A stretch of 64,000 bases of DNA. Source: Clostridia bacterium 41_269. GTDB taxonomy: Bacteria > Bacillota > DTU086. The position numbers were made by a program, and so were the translations under genes. The stretch is from assembly GCA_001508005.1 (NCBI GenBank), contig LGEZ01000002.1:4354-68353 (forward strand). The letters are read 5' to 3'. Each line of letters starts with the position of its first letter. The stretch's first letter is position 1. The notes below the pieces were generated by a model, which saw nothing but the letters and a program-made list of their open reading frames with translations, had not been told where the DNA came from and did not search any database. Of this stretch, positions 30,661 to 40,536 are shown in pieces.

Positions 30661-31350
30661 ATGTTTAGCTGTAATGGGAAAAGCATAAAGGTTGGGAAAT
30701 TGGAAGTATGTGGCAGCAGCATACCTGCAGGGAAGGTGGGAGGGGATTTTTTTGAATTTATTACCCAAAATGAAAAAGCTGTTTTTGCTGCCATAGGTGA
30801 TGTAATGGGAAAAGGATTTCGAGCGGCCTATTTAATGGAGACAATACGACAACAAATGCTTAGAGAAATGTATCAGTTACTAAGGCCCATAGAAGTGGTT
30901 AAGCGGTTAAATAGAATTGGTGGAAATGAGCTAAGACGGCATGGAGCTTTCGTAACCCTTTTTATAATTTGCTGTGATGCGGAAACTGGATGTATGAAAT
31001 GCGTTAATGCAGGTCATCATCCTCCTATTCTTTTAACTGGTGGGGAAGTCAAAGTTTTGAAAAGTCGTGGAGTTGCTTTGGGTTTGTTAGATGATTACGT
31101 TGGTTCAGGTGAGGAAGAAATTTATCTTTCTTCTGGAGATGCATTAGTAATGTATACAGACGGACTTGTGGAGGCCTGTGGCCCCGGGGATGAGAGGTAT
31201 GGGCTTGAGCGGTTGAAAAAAATAGTTAGTATTCAGCAGAATTTTAGTGCAGAAAAACTAAGAAATTGCATTTTAGCTGATCTTGAGAAATTTACTTTTG
31301 GATATTCCCAAAGGGACGATATTACTCTGGTTGTTGTGAAGGCCCTTTAG
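30661..31350 (+). CDS. Stand-alone PP2C/SpoIIE-type phosphatase (RsbU-like)
   Basis: VGGDFF, IGDVMGKG, NAGHHPP, YTDGLVE, DDIT. Confidence 0.93.
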   Translation: MFSCNGKSIKVGKLEVCGSSIPAGKVGGDFFEFITQNEKAVFAAIGDVMGKGFRAAYLMETIRQQMLREMYQLLRPIEVVKRLNRIGGNELRRHGAFVTLFIICCDAETGCMKCVNAGHHPPILLTGGEVKVLKSRGVALGLLDDYVGSGEEEIYLSSGDALVMYTDGLVEACGPGDERYGLERLKKIVSIQQNFSAEKLRNCILADLEKFTFGYSQRDDITLVVVKAL

Positions 31351-31357
31351 AAAGTGA

Positions 31358-31684
31358 GTGAGTGATATGGAGATTAGGCTTCAACAAAAAGATGGAGTGG
31401 CAATTATAAAAGTTTTAGGAGAATTGGATTACAGCAATGTAGAAGAACTGCAATTTGAAATACAGCGCTGTAAAGAAAAAGTAATTGAAATAGATCTTCA
31501 AGAACTTCAATTTATGGATTCTTCAGGTTCGGGTATGCTTTTAAATCAAGCTAGAAAACTTCATGAACAGGGTCGTATATTAAGAATTGTTCGTATTCCT
31601 GATCACATAAAAGAAGGCTTAGAAATAATAGGTTTTTTTAAAGTTTTAGAGGTTTTAGAGAGTAAATCAAATAGCAGGGAGTGA
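31358..31684 (+). CDS. Second STAS anti-sigma antagonist
   Basis: GELD, LQFMDSSG. Confidence 0.92.
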   Translation: MSDMEIRLQQKDGVAIIKVLGELDYSNVEELQFEIQRCKEKVIEIDLQELQFMDSSGSGMLLNQARKLHEQGRILRIVRIPDHIKEGLEIIGFFKVLEVLESKSNSRE

Positions 31685-33548
31685 TTTTAGTGGAGACAGT
31701 AGGGAACATGGGTGCATATTTTTTCTCATCTACCCAAGATAATGGCATTTTATTTAGTAGAAATTCAGTTGGTCCATATGCTTATGTAAAACAGGGTCAG
31801 CTTTTTGTCCAACATCCTGCAGAAGGTCCCTATCCTATTGTGGTTCCTTGCCCTGGAACAAAGCTAATTGTAAATGACAAAGAATGTAAAGAACCTACGC
31901 CGGTAACTGTAAATGATAAAGTTCGGATAGAAGTAGCCGAAGATGAATGCAGGGAAGGAAGTTGGTCTGTGTTTGTTTCATCAGATGAGATATTTGTAGA
32001 GCTGCAGATGCGACCTACTGTTTTGATTCGCAGAGAACTTATGGATCTTCCCCCTGCGAGGATACTCCATTTGAAAGTTAATGAGCGTGAAGAATATATT
32101 CCTCCTTTTACATTAGATGAACTGCTCCAAGAACTATCTCGTTTGGGGATTAATTATGGAATTGACTGGGAAGCCTGTTCTCGTGCTGCTGCATCTTGTA
32201 AAGAAGAGAAAATAATTATTGCACGAGGTGTTCCTGCAAAGCCGGGAAAAGATGCTAGGGTAGAACTTCGTTTTTCTAACGATTCTAAAATTCCTGTACC
32301 TATAGGAAAAGATGAAATAGTAGTAGATTTTCGAGAGCGTTTTATTTTTACTCCTGTAGAACCTGGTGATGTTTTGGCTGTAAAACATCCAGCAGAGCCG
32401 GGTATTCCGGGAACTAGTGTTAAAGGGAATTTGATTATGCCACCTTCCCCTCGGGACTACTGTCTTACTGCTGGTGAAGGTGCAATTGTTACGCAGGATG
32501 GTAAACAGGTTGTTGCTGTTCGTTCTGGACGGCCGGTTGCAGTTTTTGGGTCCTATATGGTTAAAATAAGTGTACTGCCTGAAATGGTGCATGATAGTGA
32601 TGTTAATCTAGCCTCAGGAAATATTGTTTTTAAAGGAGATATTTTAATTTCGGGAAATGTATTGGAAGGAATGTTAGTGGAAGCAGGAGGAAATGTTAGG
32701 ATAGGTGGATATGTTTCCCATGCAAAAGTAAGAGCTAATGGTTCTATTTGGATTAAGGGTAATGTTTTATCTTCTGTTGTAGTTGCTGGAGGAAATAATG
32801 CAATTGCTCAGGAAATACAGCCATACATTAAAACATTAGCATCAGGCTTACGGGAAATGGTTGCAGCAATAAAGCAGTTGTTGAAACATCCAGCGTTTAA
32901 AAAGATGACCTTAAATTTGGTATTGGTCCATTAGTTAAACTGTTAATGGAAAGCAGGTTTAGTTGTATTTCCACTGCTACATCTAATTTAAAAATATTGC
33001 TTAAAAATCTAAATCTTTGCTTTTTAATCGATATGATAAAAGATTTTAGAGAATTTGTAGAAACGGTACAGAGAACGTTGGTTTGTTTTCCTTTAACTAT
33101 ACGCAGATTAGAAGAAGTAGAACTGTTGGCTAGAAGAGCTGGTGAATGGGAGCAGATTTTTTTGTCACTGCCGACGGGTGAAAGTGATTTAGTTGTATCC
33201 AGTGTTCTTAATTCGAATGTTGTTGCTACTGGAGACGTAAAAGTAATAGGGAGCGGTTGTTTTAATTCCTGGATTCATGCAGGTAAAGAAGTTGCTATAA
33301 ACGGTGTTTTTCGTGGTGGTGAAATAAAGGCTGGAGGAAATGTATATGTTAAAGAAATGGGCTCTAAGTGTGGGGCTGCAACAAAAATTATAACAATTTC
33401 CAAAGCACGAGTTACCGTGGGACATGTTTTTGAGAATTCTACTGTAGTTATAGGAGGGAAAGCTTATAAATTTGATAGGGAAGATGAAAACATTTGTCTC
33501 TATCTTGATAAAAAGGAAAATCTAAATATTACAAGAGCTTCAGTATAA
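31681..33548 (+). pseudogene. FapA/DUF342 (flagellar assembly protein A-like), split by a -1 frameshift at A5 32899-32903
   Basis: GINYGID, IARGVPA.PG.DA, VDFRE, DVNLASGNI.F.GD beta-helix. The -1 frame after TTT AAA AAG continues DDLKFGIGPLVKLLME into ORF 32946..33548. Confidence 0.85.
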
Positions 33549-33629
33549 CAGACAGAATTTTTCAATGAGCAGTTATAAATTTTGTAATATTTGATGATTC
33601 CTCGAATAGATTATATTCGGGGTGGTTTT

Positions 33630-34418
33630 ATGGACAAAACGTTGGAACAGCGTGTCTTATTTCTTGTGGACGAATTTATAAAGACGCTAATTGATTTGTA
33701 CGAAGCTGATCCAGAAGTGGGAGAAAAGCTGTCCATAAAAGCAGAGGATATTTTCATTGAATTAGCAGAAGAAGCGTTGAAGCTGCTTCAGGGTAGAAAT
33801 GAATATCTTGAGGCAATGCTTAAACAGCTGGTTGCGCAGAAGCTGCCGTCTGATATGATTATGAAGAGTTTTGAAGGATTTGAAGAAAAAATGCAGAGCC
33901 TAATTAGAAAAGGTTTGATTAAGTTTCAAGAGCGCCATTTAGAAAAACTGCAGCGAGAATTTGAGAATTTTGAGAGTACTGCTGAAAAAGAAAGGGAAAG
34001 TGTTTATATAAACAGTCAAGAAGCTTTTGAATTCACCGAAGAAAAAGAGAGTGAAGAAGAGTATCATTATTATCCGATTAATGATGAATGTCCTCATGAT
34101 GTAAAGAATTCCATGGAAGACTTTTTAAGAAAGCTGTTTCCTAAGGAGGAATTGATAAAAGATTTTAAAATTGGTAATATAATTTTTGAATACTATATTC
34201 CTGATTTAGATTTAGCTTTCGAGAAGAGTTCTAAGGTTAGAAAGGGCTGTAATAATTTCTTAGAAATGTGCTGTTATAAGAATGGCATTCTTCTTTTAAA
34301 AATAGATCCTAATAAAGTTGAAAATTTAAAAAGGATGAAAAGAAAAATTAAACTGCTGATGGCTCAAAAAAATTTTTTAGATAAAAGGATTTTTGAATTA
34401 ACAAAAGAATATATTTAA
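33630..34418 (+). CDS. Hypothetical protein with a C-terminal degenerate PD-(D/E)xK (DUF559-like) region
   Basis: Long ORF; FEYYIPDLDLAFE...CYKNGILLLKI resembles the DUF559/Vsr-type pattern. Confidence 0.6.
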   Translation: MDKTLEQRVLFLVDEFIKTLIDLYEADPEVGEKLSIKAEDIFIELAEEALKLLQGRNEYLEAMLKQLVAQKLPSDMIMKSFEGFEEKMQSLIRKGLIKFQERHLEKLQREFENFESTAEKERESVYINSQEAFEFTEEKESEEEYHYYPINDECPHDVKNSMEDFLRKLFPKEELIKDFKIGNIIFEYYIPDLDLAFEKSSKVRKGCNNFLEMCCYKNGILLLKIDPNKVENLKRMKRKIKLLMAQKNFLDKRIFELTKEYI

Positions 34419-34471
34419 AGCCGACATAAATTATTAAGTTATGTTTTTTTAATTAAGTTAATGAAAAGTCA

Positions 34472-34713
34472 AAAGCTGTGAAGGGGCAAAGCTGTAACTG
34501 TTTTTTACAGAGAGCCGTTATATGCTGAGAAACGGTAAAAACAGTTACTGCGAGCCACCCTGGAGCTGCTGGTGAATTAAGCCATGCCGGATGACTCCGT
34601 TATTAGGTCTTGTTTGAGAGGTGGACTGTCCTTAAATTTAAATATAAAGGGGCAGTCAACTAGGGTGGTACCGCGAGAAAATTCTCGTCCCTTGGGGCGG
34701 GAATTTTTATTTT
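34472..34713 (+). promoter_or_regulatory. T-box riboswitch, Ala (GCC) specifier
   Basis: Stem I with AGAGAG and GCUGAGA motifs; GCC at 34554-34556 followed by A; T-box AACUAGGGUGGUACCGCG (34658-34675; UGGU fits discriminator A73); terminator 34680-34713. Confidence 0.92.
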
Positions 34714-34733
34714 AATAGGCTGGAGGTGCTGCT

Positions 34734-35216
34734 ATGCGTAAAGAGATTTTAGAACTATTGGAAACAGACAGCAAACTAACCCCTTATCAAATTGCAACGA
34801 TGCTTGGAATAGATAAATCTAAAGTTGAAAAAGAAATAGAGGCAATGGAAGAGGAAGGGATTATTCTTCAATACAGCACGCTGATTAATTGGGAAAAAGC
34901 AGGTGTTGAGCAGGTTTCTGCCTTAATAGATGTAAAAGTGACACCCCAAAGAGGAGTTGGCTTTGATGATATTGCAGAAAGAATATATCGCTTTCCTGAA
35001 GTTCGCTCTGTGATGCTTATGTCGGGCAGCTATGATCTTTCAGTAGAAGTTACTGGAAGAAATATAAAAGAAGTTGCCCAATTTGTATCTCAAAAATTGG
35101 CAACTTTGGAGCACGTTCAAAGCACCATGACTCATTTTGTTTTAAAAAGATATAAACAGCAGGGTGTTATTCTTGAGAATAAAGAAAAAGACCGCCGGCA
35201 GGTGATTAGTCCATGA
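34734..35216 (+). CDS. alaR: Lrp/AsnC family regulator (YugG/AlaR-like)
   Basis: HTH plus DVKVTPQRGVGFDDIAERIY..PEV, THFVLKRYK. Confidence 0.85.
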   Translation: MRKEILELLETDSKLTPYQIATMLGIDKSKVEKEIEAMEEEGIILQYSTLINWEKAGVEQVSALIDVKVTPQRGVGFDDIAERIYRFPEVRSVMLMSGSYDLSVEVTGRNIKEVAQFVSQKLATLEHVQSTMTHFVLKRYKQQGVILENKEKDRRQVISP

Positions 35217-36421
35217 AGTTAAAAAAGGGTGATAGGATTTCTCCTCTTGTAAAGAATTTGCCGCCTTCTGGAATTAGAAAATTTTTTGATCTCGTTGCCA
35301 ACACAAAGGGTGTAATTTCTTTAGGTGTTGGGGAGCCGGATTTTGTTACACCCTGGCATATTAGAGAAGCCTGCTTCTATTCTTTGGAACAGGGTTATAC
35401 AATGTATACATCTAATTGGGGAATGCCGGAACTCAGGAAAGAAATTTCCAACTTTTTATATAAGCGTTATAACTTGGAATACAATCCCGATAATGAAATC
35501 ATTGTTACCGTTGGAGCAAGTGAAGCTGTTGATTTAGCCCTTAGAACAATTATTACTCCAGGAGATGAAGTATTAATACCAGAACCCAGTTATGTTTCCT
35601 ATAAACCCTGTGCAGTATTGGCTGGTGCCAAACCTGTTGTTGTGCAAACATCTTATAAAGATGAGTTTAAATTGAAAGAAGAAGAATTAAATAAAAAAAT
35701 AAATTCTAAGACAAAGGCTCTAGTATTATGTTATCCGAATAATCCCACTGGGGCTATAATGGAAAAAAAGGATTTAGAAGGAATTGCTAGAACTGCTGTG
35801 AAAAATGACTTGATTGTGATTTCTGATGAGATATACAGCGAATTAACTTATAATGGTAACCATGTTTCCATTGCTTCTTTTCCTAGAATGAGAGATAGGA
35901 CCATAGTAATAAATGGCTTTTCAAAGGCTTGGGCAATGACAGGATGGAGGATAGGCTTTGCTGCAGGGCCGAGGGATATTATTGAGGCAATGGTGAAAAT
36001 ACACCAGTACACCATTTTATGTGCTCCAGTAATGAGCCAAATGGCTGCACTTGAGGCTTTGAGGAACGGCGGTGAAGAAGTTGAAAAAATGGTGAAGCAG
36101 TACAATCAAAGAAGACGTTTTGTGGTTAGCAAACTCAGAGAAATGGGTCTGGAATGTTTTGAACCAAAAGGGGCGTTTTATGTATTTCCTTCCATAAAGA
36201 TCACTGGAATGACTTCAGAAAGCTTTGCTGAGGAACTGCTTAAGCAGGAAAAAGTTGCAGTGGTTCCAGGTACGGCTTTTGGGGAATCAGGAGAAGGGCA
36301 TATACGCATTTCCTATGCGGCATCGCTTAAAAACCTTACTAAAGCATTAGATAGAATGGCATATTTTATAGAAAATTTAACCAAAAATAAAATGGTAATG
36401 GATAAAGTGATGGAGAGCTGA
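35213..36421 (+). CDS. alaT: Class I/II aminotransferase (YugH/AlaT-like)
   Basis: PSGIRKFFD, SLGVGEPDF, YPNNPTG, SDEIY, GFSKAWAMTGWRIG. Confidence 0.85.
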   Translation: MKLKKGDRISPLVKNLPPSGIRKFFDLVANTKGVISLGVGEPDFVTPWHIREACFYSLEQGYTMYTSNWGMPELRKEISNFLYKRYNLEYNPDNEIIVTVGASEAVDLALRTIITPGDEVLIPEPSYVSYKPCAVLAGAKPVVVQTSYKDEFKLKEEELNKKINSKTKALVLCYPNNPTGAIMEKKDLEGIARTAVKNDLIVISDEIYSELTYNGNHVSIASFPRMRDRTIVINGFSKAWAMTGWRIGFAAGPRDIIEAMVKIHQYTILCAPVMSQMAALEALRNGGEEVEKMVKQYNQRRRFVVSKLREMGLECFEPKGAFYVFPSIKITGMTSESFAEELLKQEKVAVVPGTAFGESGEGHIRISYAASLKNLTKALDRMAYFIENLTKNKMVMDKVMES

Positions 36422-36434
36422 TGCAAATATTTAG

Positions 36435-37262
36435 TTACTGCTCCGCTGCTATTTTTTTTACAAGAACATTTATTTCTAGAACATAAAGATTGGTCATATG
36501 CTCAACTGCATTTTTTACAGCTTCTTTGACTTCTTGTATCAATTTAGGAATATAATATCCATAATTAACTGATAAAAGAAAACTGATATTTATACCTTCT
36601 GCTGTGGTTCTAGTTCGGATCTGGTATATTTTATCTACTCCTTCTACGCTGCAGGCAGCAATGGATATAATCTGATTAATTGCTGCGCTTGCAATAAAAA
36701 AACTTCCGTAAAAATTAAAGGTAGGTTGCACTATTGTTTGGTCTACCATAAAATGTCTTTGTTTTTTACTTTCAGCTCTTCTTTTAAAAATCGTAGGTAA
36801 AGGTTCTATTAACAGTCCTGAAAATCGCGGTTTCACCTCTACTGTTGGGGCGGGAATTACATGCTTACCATGTTTTTGACGGATTCTTCTTGCGGCTTTA
36901 ATTTCTTCTTCAGTTGCAATTTCATTTATGTATATGATCTCCGAAGGCTCAGGAAGTTCCAACCTTTGACATATTTTATTGACCATTCTTTTTGAAGTAC
37001 CTAATATTAAGATTTTTTGGGGGTTAATTTCCCTTATCTTTCTTTTCACTTCTTCTGCGTGTTTTTCATCGGTGAAAAATGCTGTTTTCATTGCACCTAT
37101 TTTTGTTGGCTGCCTTTTGGAAGAAATTCCTGCGATTATGTGATTGTCTTTAATTAACAGCCCATCATCTATGATCAAGGGTATAGACTTTTCATGGGAT
37201 ACCAGCAGTGCCCGATGGCTTTTTCCACTTCCGGGCGGGCCCACTAAAGCTATGGTTTTCAT
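36435..37262 (-). CDS. P-loop plus Asp23/Gls24 domain protein
   Basis: GPPGSGKSHRA, IIDDGLLI, GKHVIP; C-terminal Asp23-like region. Confidence 0.8.
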   Translation of the reverse strand: MKTIALVGPPGSGKSHRALLVSHEKSIPLIIDDGLLIKDNHIIAGISSKRQPTKIGAMKTAFFTDEKHAEEVKRKIREINPQKILILGTSKRMVNKICQRLELPEPSEIIYINEIATEEEIKAARRIRQKHGKHVIPAPTVEVKPRFSGLLIEPLPTIFKRRAESKKQRHFMVDQTIVQPTFNFYGSFFIASAAINQIISIAACSVEGVDKIYQIRTRTTAEGINISFLLSVNYGYYIPKLIQEVKEAVKNAVEHMTNLYVLEINVLVKKIAAEQ

Positions 37263-37405
37263 ATCTATACCTCCAAAGTATTCGGCTCTTAAATATTATA
37301 AACTTTTTGCTCATTTAAAAAAATACTGCAGGAAAATATTCGAAAATTGTCCAAATGTGTAATTAAGTAAATAAATAAGACCACAGTAAACATTGCGAAA
37401 GGAGC

Positions 37406-38203
37406 TTGGTTAAAATGCAGCCAAGCAGAAGCAGTTTTTCCACATTATTTGCTTTGGAATTAGTGAATGAGGGAGGCATTTGGCTCCCTAAAATTTTAAT
37501 GCAGAATTATATTAAAATGGGACTTACTGATAAGGAAATGCTTTTGATAATACACTTGCTAATATTGAAATCAGACAAAATTGATATGATAAAGCCTGAA
37601 GATATTTCCCGTTTCATGGAAATAGATGAACAAGAAGTAGAGTTTTTAATTGATTCCCTTGCTCAGAAAGGAATAATTGATGTTGATATGGGTGTAGATG
37701 CACAAACAGGAAAAAAAATAATGCAGCTTTCATTAGAGGGCCTGTATGATAAACTTCTTGAGATATGGGGATGTAATAAGGCTGTTGAGTATGAGAAAAA
37801 GAAAAGTGTTGGGCATATTGATATGGAAAAAGAGGATAGCTATTTGGATTTGAATAAGAGCTATGAAGGATCAAAAGCTGCCGCGAGATTGTATCGCTGT
37901 TTTGAAAAAGAATTTGGAAGGCCCCTTTCACCTATAGAAAGCAGCCAAATTTTAGAATGGCTTTATGGTGAGGGATATTCAGAGGAGCTAATATTAGAGG
38001 CTTTAAAAAGGGCGGTACTTAGAGGGATAATTAATTTTAAATATATTGATTCCATCTTAAAAGGTTGGGCAAAGAACAATCTAAGGACTTCACGGGAAGT
38101 TTCAGCATATGAAGAAAATTTCTCTCAGAGTCAGCAAAAAAAGAATTTAAATAAAAATGCATCTAAACTCAAAAGAAAGTATGAAGATATCTATATGACC
38201 TGA
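37406..38203 (+). CDS. dnaD: DnaD family primosome protein
   Basis: FEKEFGRPLSPIE, YIDSILKGW (YxxxIxxxW). Confidence 0.9.
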   Translation: MVKMQPSRSSFSTLFALELVNEGGIWLPKILMQNYIKMGLTDKEMLLIIHLLILKSDKIDMIKPEDISRFMEIDEQEVEFLIDSLAQKGIIDVDMGVDAQTGKKIMQLSLEGLYDKLLEIWGCNKAVEYEKKKSVGHIDMEKEDSYLDLNKSYEGSKAAARLYRCFEKEFGRPLSPIESSQILEWLYGEGYSEELILEALKRAVLRGIINFKYIDSILKGWAKNNLRTSREVSAYEENFSQSQQKKNLNKNASKLKRKYEDIYMT

Positions 38204-38223
38204 AATTCTGGGAGGCGCTTATA

Positions 38224-38952
38224 ATGATAAAGTGCACCAACTGTGACGGAAGCGGTATAGTAATCAAGGGAAATGTTGCATATAAATGCAGCTGTACCAA
38301 GCAAAGAGTTATAGAGATGAAATATAAAGAATCTCGTCTGCCGGCAAAACTTCAGCAGCATACCTTTGATAAATTTGAGCTCAGATATTATCCAGAAGAT
38401 GAATATCCAGATAAAAACAAAGCTGCCACTTATAGGGAAATAGCAATTAATACTCTTGAAGCTGCTAAAAATTTTGCTAAAAGAAATTCTGTCAAAGCTG
38501 AGGGAAAAGGTCTGTTCTTCTGTGGGAACGTAGGAAGTGGAAAAACTTTTTTATCCAGTGCCATTGCTAACTATTTATTAAGTAAAGGTCAAAGGGTGCT
38601 TTTTTTAGTTGTGCCGGACTTATTGGATGAAATAAAAGCTTCGTATAATAAAGAGCCAGAAACTTCGGAAATAGAGCTGCTGCAGCATGCTAGAAATATT
38701 CCAGTACTTATTTTGGACGATTTAGGAGCGCATAATTATACAGATTGGACAAGAAATAAAATCTATTCCATTTTGAATAGCCGCTTAAACAATGAACTAC
38801 CCACGGTAATAAACAGTAATTTAACCCTCGAAGAAATTGAGGAGCAATTAGGAGAGAGGATAACGTCAAGGATTGTGGAGCTCTGTGATATATATAGGCT
38901 ATTGGTTCCTAAAGATATAAGACATTTAAAAAACTTAGAAAGAAGAGTATAA
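38224..38952 (+). CDS. DnaC/DnaI-type helicase loader ATPase
   Basis: CTNC..CSC Zn site, GNVGSGKT, LILDDLG, RITSRI. Confidence 0.88.
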   Translation: MIKCTNCDGSGIVIKGNVAYKCSCTKQRVIEMKYKESRLPAKLQQHTFDKFELRYYPEDEYPDKNKAATYREIAINTLEAAKNFAKRNSVKAEGKGLFFCGNVGSGKTFLSSAIANYLLSKGQRVLFLVVPDLLDEIKASYNKEPETSEIELLQHARNIPVLILDDLGAHNYTDWTRNKIYSILNSRLNNELPTVINSNLTLEEIEEQLGERITSRIVELCDIYRLLVPKDIRHLKNLERRV

Positions 38953-38964
38953 AGTTTATTTTTT

Positions 38965-39011
38965 AAGAGCTTCATTTGTTAGGCAATGGTATGCTTAAGA
39001 AGCTCTTTTTT
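38965..39011 (+). terminator. Terminator after the helicase loader gene
   Basis: AAGAGCTTC/GAAGCTCTT plus T-run. Confidence 0.6.
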
Positions 39012-39078
39012 GATCCCTTTTTAAAAATTACAATTGTTTTAAATTGTAATATTATAATATATAAGGGGTAGAAATATT

Positions 39079-40518
39079 ATGAATGGAAAAAGCTTGCTTT
39101 ATAATATAAGGTTCAATAAAAAATTTAAAAATGCTGTTTGCTTGATAACCGCGGTAATTTTATGGACTTTGATTTTGTTTTTTTTACATAAAATTGAATG
39201 GAAAGTTAGAGTTACCACTGCAACCATTGCAGCTGCAGTTTTTCTTTGGATTTTTTCAGAGCTTTCTTTAGCTTTAGTATCGTTTATGGCAGTTACTATT
39301 TTAATAATTACAAAAGCAATAACTCTAAATCTTGGATTAAGTGGTTTTGCCACAGGTTCACTGTTTCTAATTCTGGCAGGATTGATGATGGCACAAGCAA
39401 TAAATAATACTGAATTTGCTCAGAGGACTGCCTATTTTGTTTTAAGCAGATTTGGGGGAACTCCTGGAGGTGCTTTGATAGGCATCTTTTTAATTTTACT
39501 TATTTTATCTTTTTTTGTTCCCTCTGCTGCTGTAAGGATAACTTTACTGCTTCCAACTGTTAAAGTGATAATAGATAGGGCAGGAGAAAACTGCAATAGG
39601 AGAAATTTAACGTGTTTATTAATAATAGGCCTTGCCTTTGGAGCAACCATAACGGGTTAAGGAGTTCTACCTGCTGCACTGGCTAATGTAATGACAACGG
39701 ATCTTATATACGATATAACCGGGAAGCGCATTACTTATGTTAAATGGTTTCTATATACCTTTCCTGTTAGTTTGGTTCTGCTTCCAATACTTTGGTTTGT
39801 GCTTATTCGAGTTTTTCCTACTGAAATGAAAGAATTTCCTGGAGGAGCAGAAGAATTTAGAAAAAGATTAACTGAAATGGAATCCTTTTTAGTTAATGAG
39901 AAGAAATGCCTTGCCATTTTGGGATTAGCCATGTTTTTATGGGTTACTGAGGGTATTCATGGTCTGCACAGTGCTGTGCCTGCTATGGTCGCTGTAATAT
40001 TGTTCTGCATACCTGGAATAGGTTTTATGGATTTTGGGGAAATGCTTTCCATTGACTGGAGTACTATATTTCTAGTTGGTTTTACTCTTTCTCTTGGTGC
40101 TGCTTTAAATGAAACGGGCACAGCAAATTTTTTAGCAGGCCAAATATTTAATAATTATTCATTAAAAATACTAACCCTTTCTCCTGCTCTAACAGTACTT
40201 TTGGTGTCTACGTTTACTCAAATTGTACATATTTTCCTTGGAAATGTTACAACCCTTATAGTTACGTTGATTCCTCTGATTTCGCAGATAGCCTTTAAAC
40301 TGAATATTGATCCTGTTATGCTTGGATTGGTAACTGGAATTACAGGATTATATGGCTTTTTGCTGCCTGTGGAAACAATATCTAATATGGTTGTTTACGG
40401 GACTGGTCTTCTAAAACCTTATGATATGATAAAACCTGGTATTTTTATTACGCTGTTCAGTATAATTGTTCTTTCCCTTGCTGCTTATCTTTGGTGGCCG
40501 CTAGTAGGTTTAATTTAA
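39079..40518 (+). pseudogene. DASS/SLC13 anion transporter with an in-frame TAA (39658-39660)
   Basis: Both ORFs are in the same frame (GATITG*GVLPAALAN); FVPSA, IDWSTIFL, FLLPVET..N DASS-type motifs. Confidence 0.85.
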
Positions 40519-40536
40519 TTTTTGAGAGGTCTTATT

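Noticed and set aside
37406-38952. Prophage replication module or IS21 istB
   Set aside because: No integrase, transposase or phage genes nearby; the pair fits the chromosomal clostridial DnaD/helicase loader
39658-39660. Selenocysteine/pyrrolysine read-through in the DASS transporter (and at 63530 in hemerythrin)
   Set aside because: Both stops are TAA, not TGA or TAG
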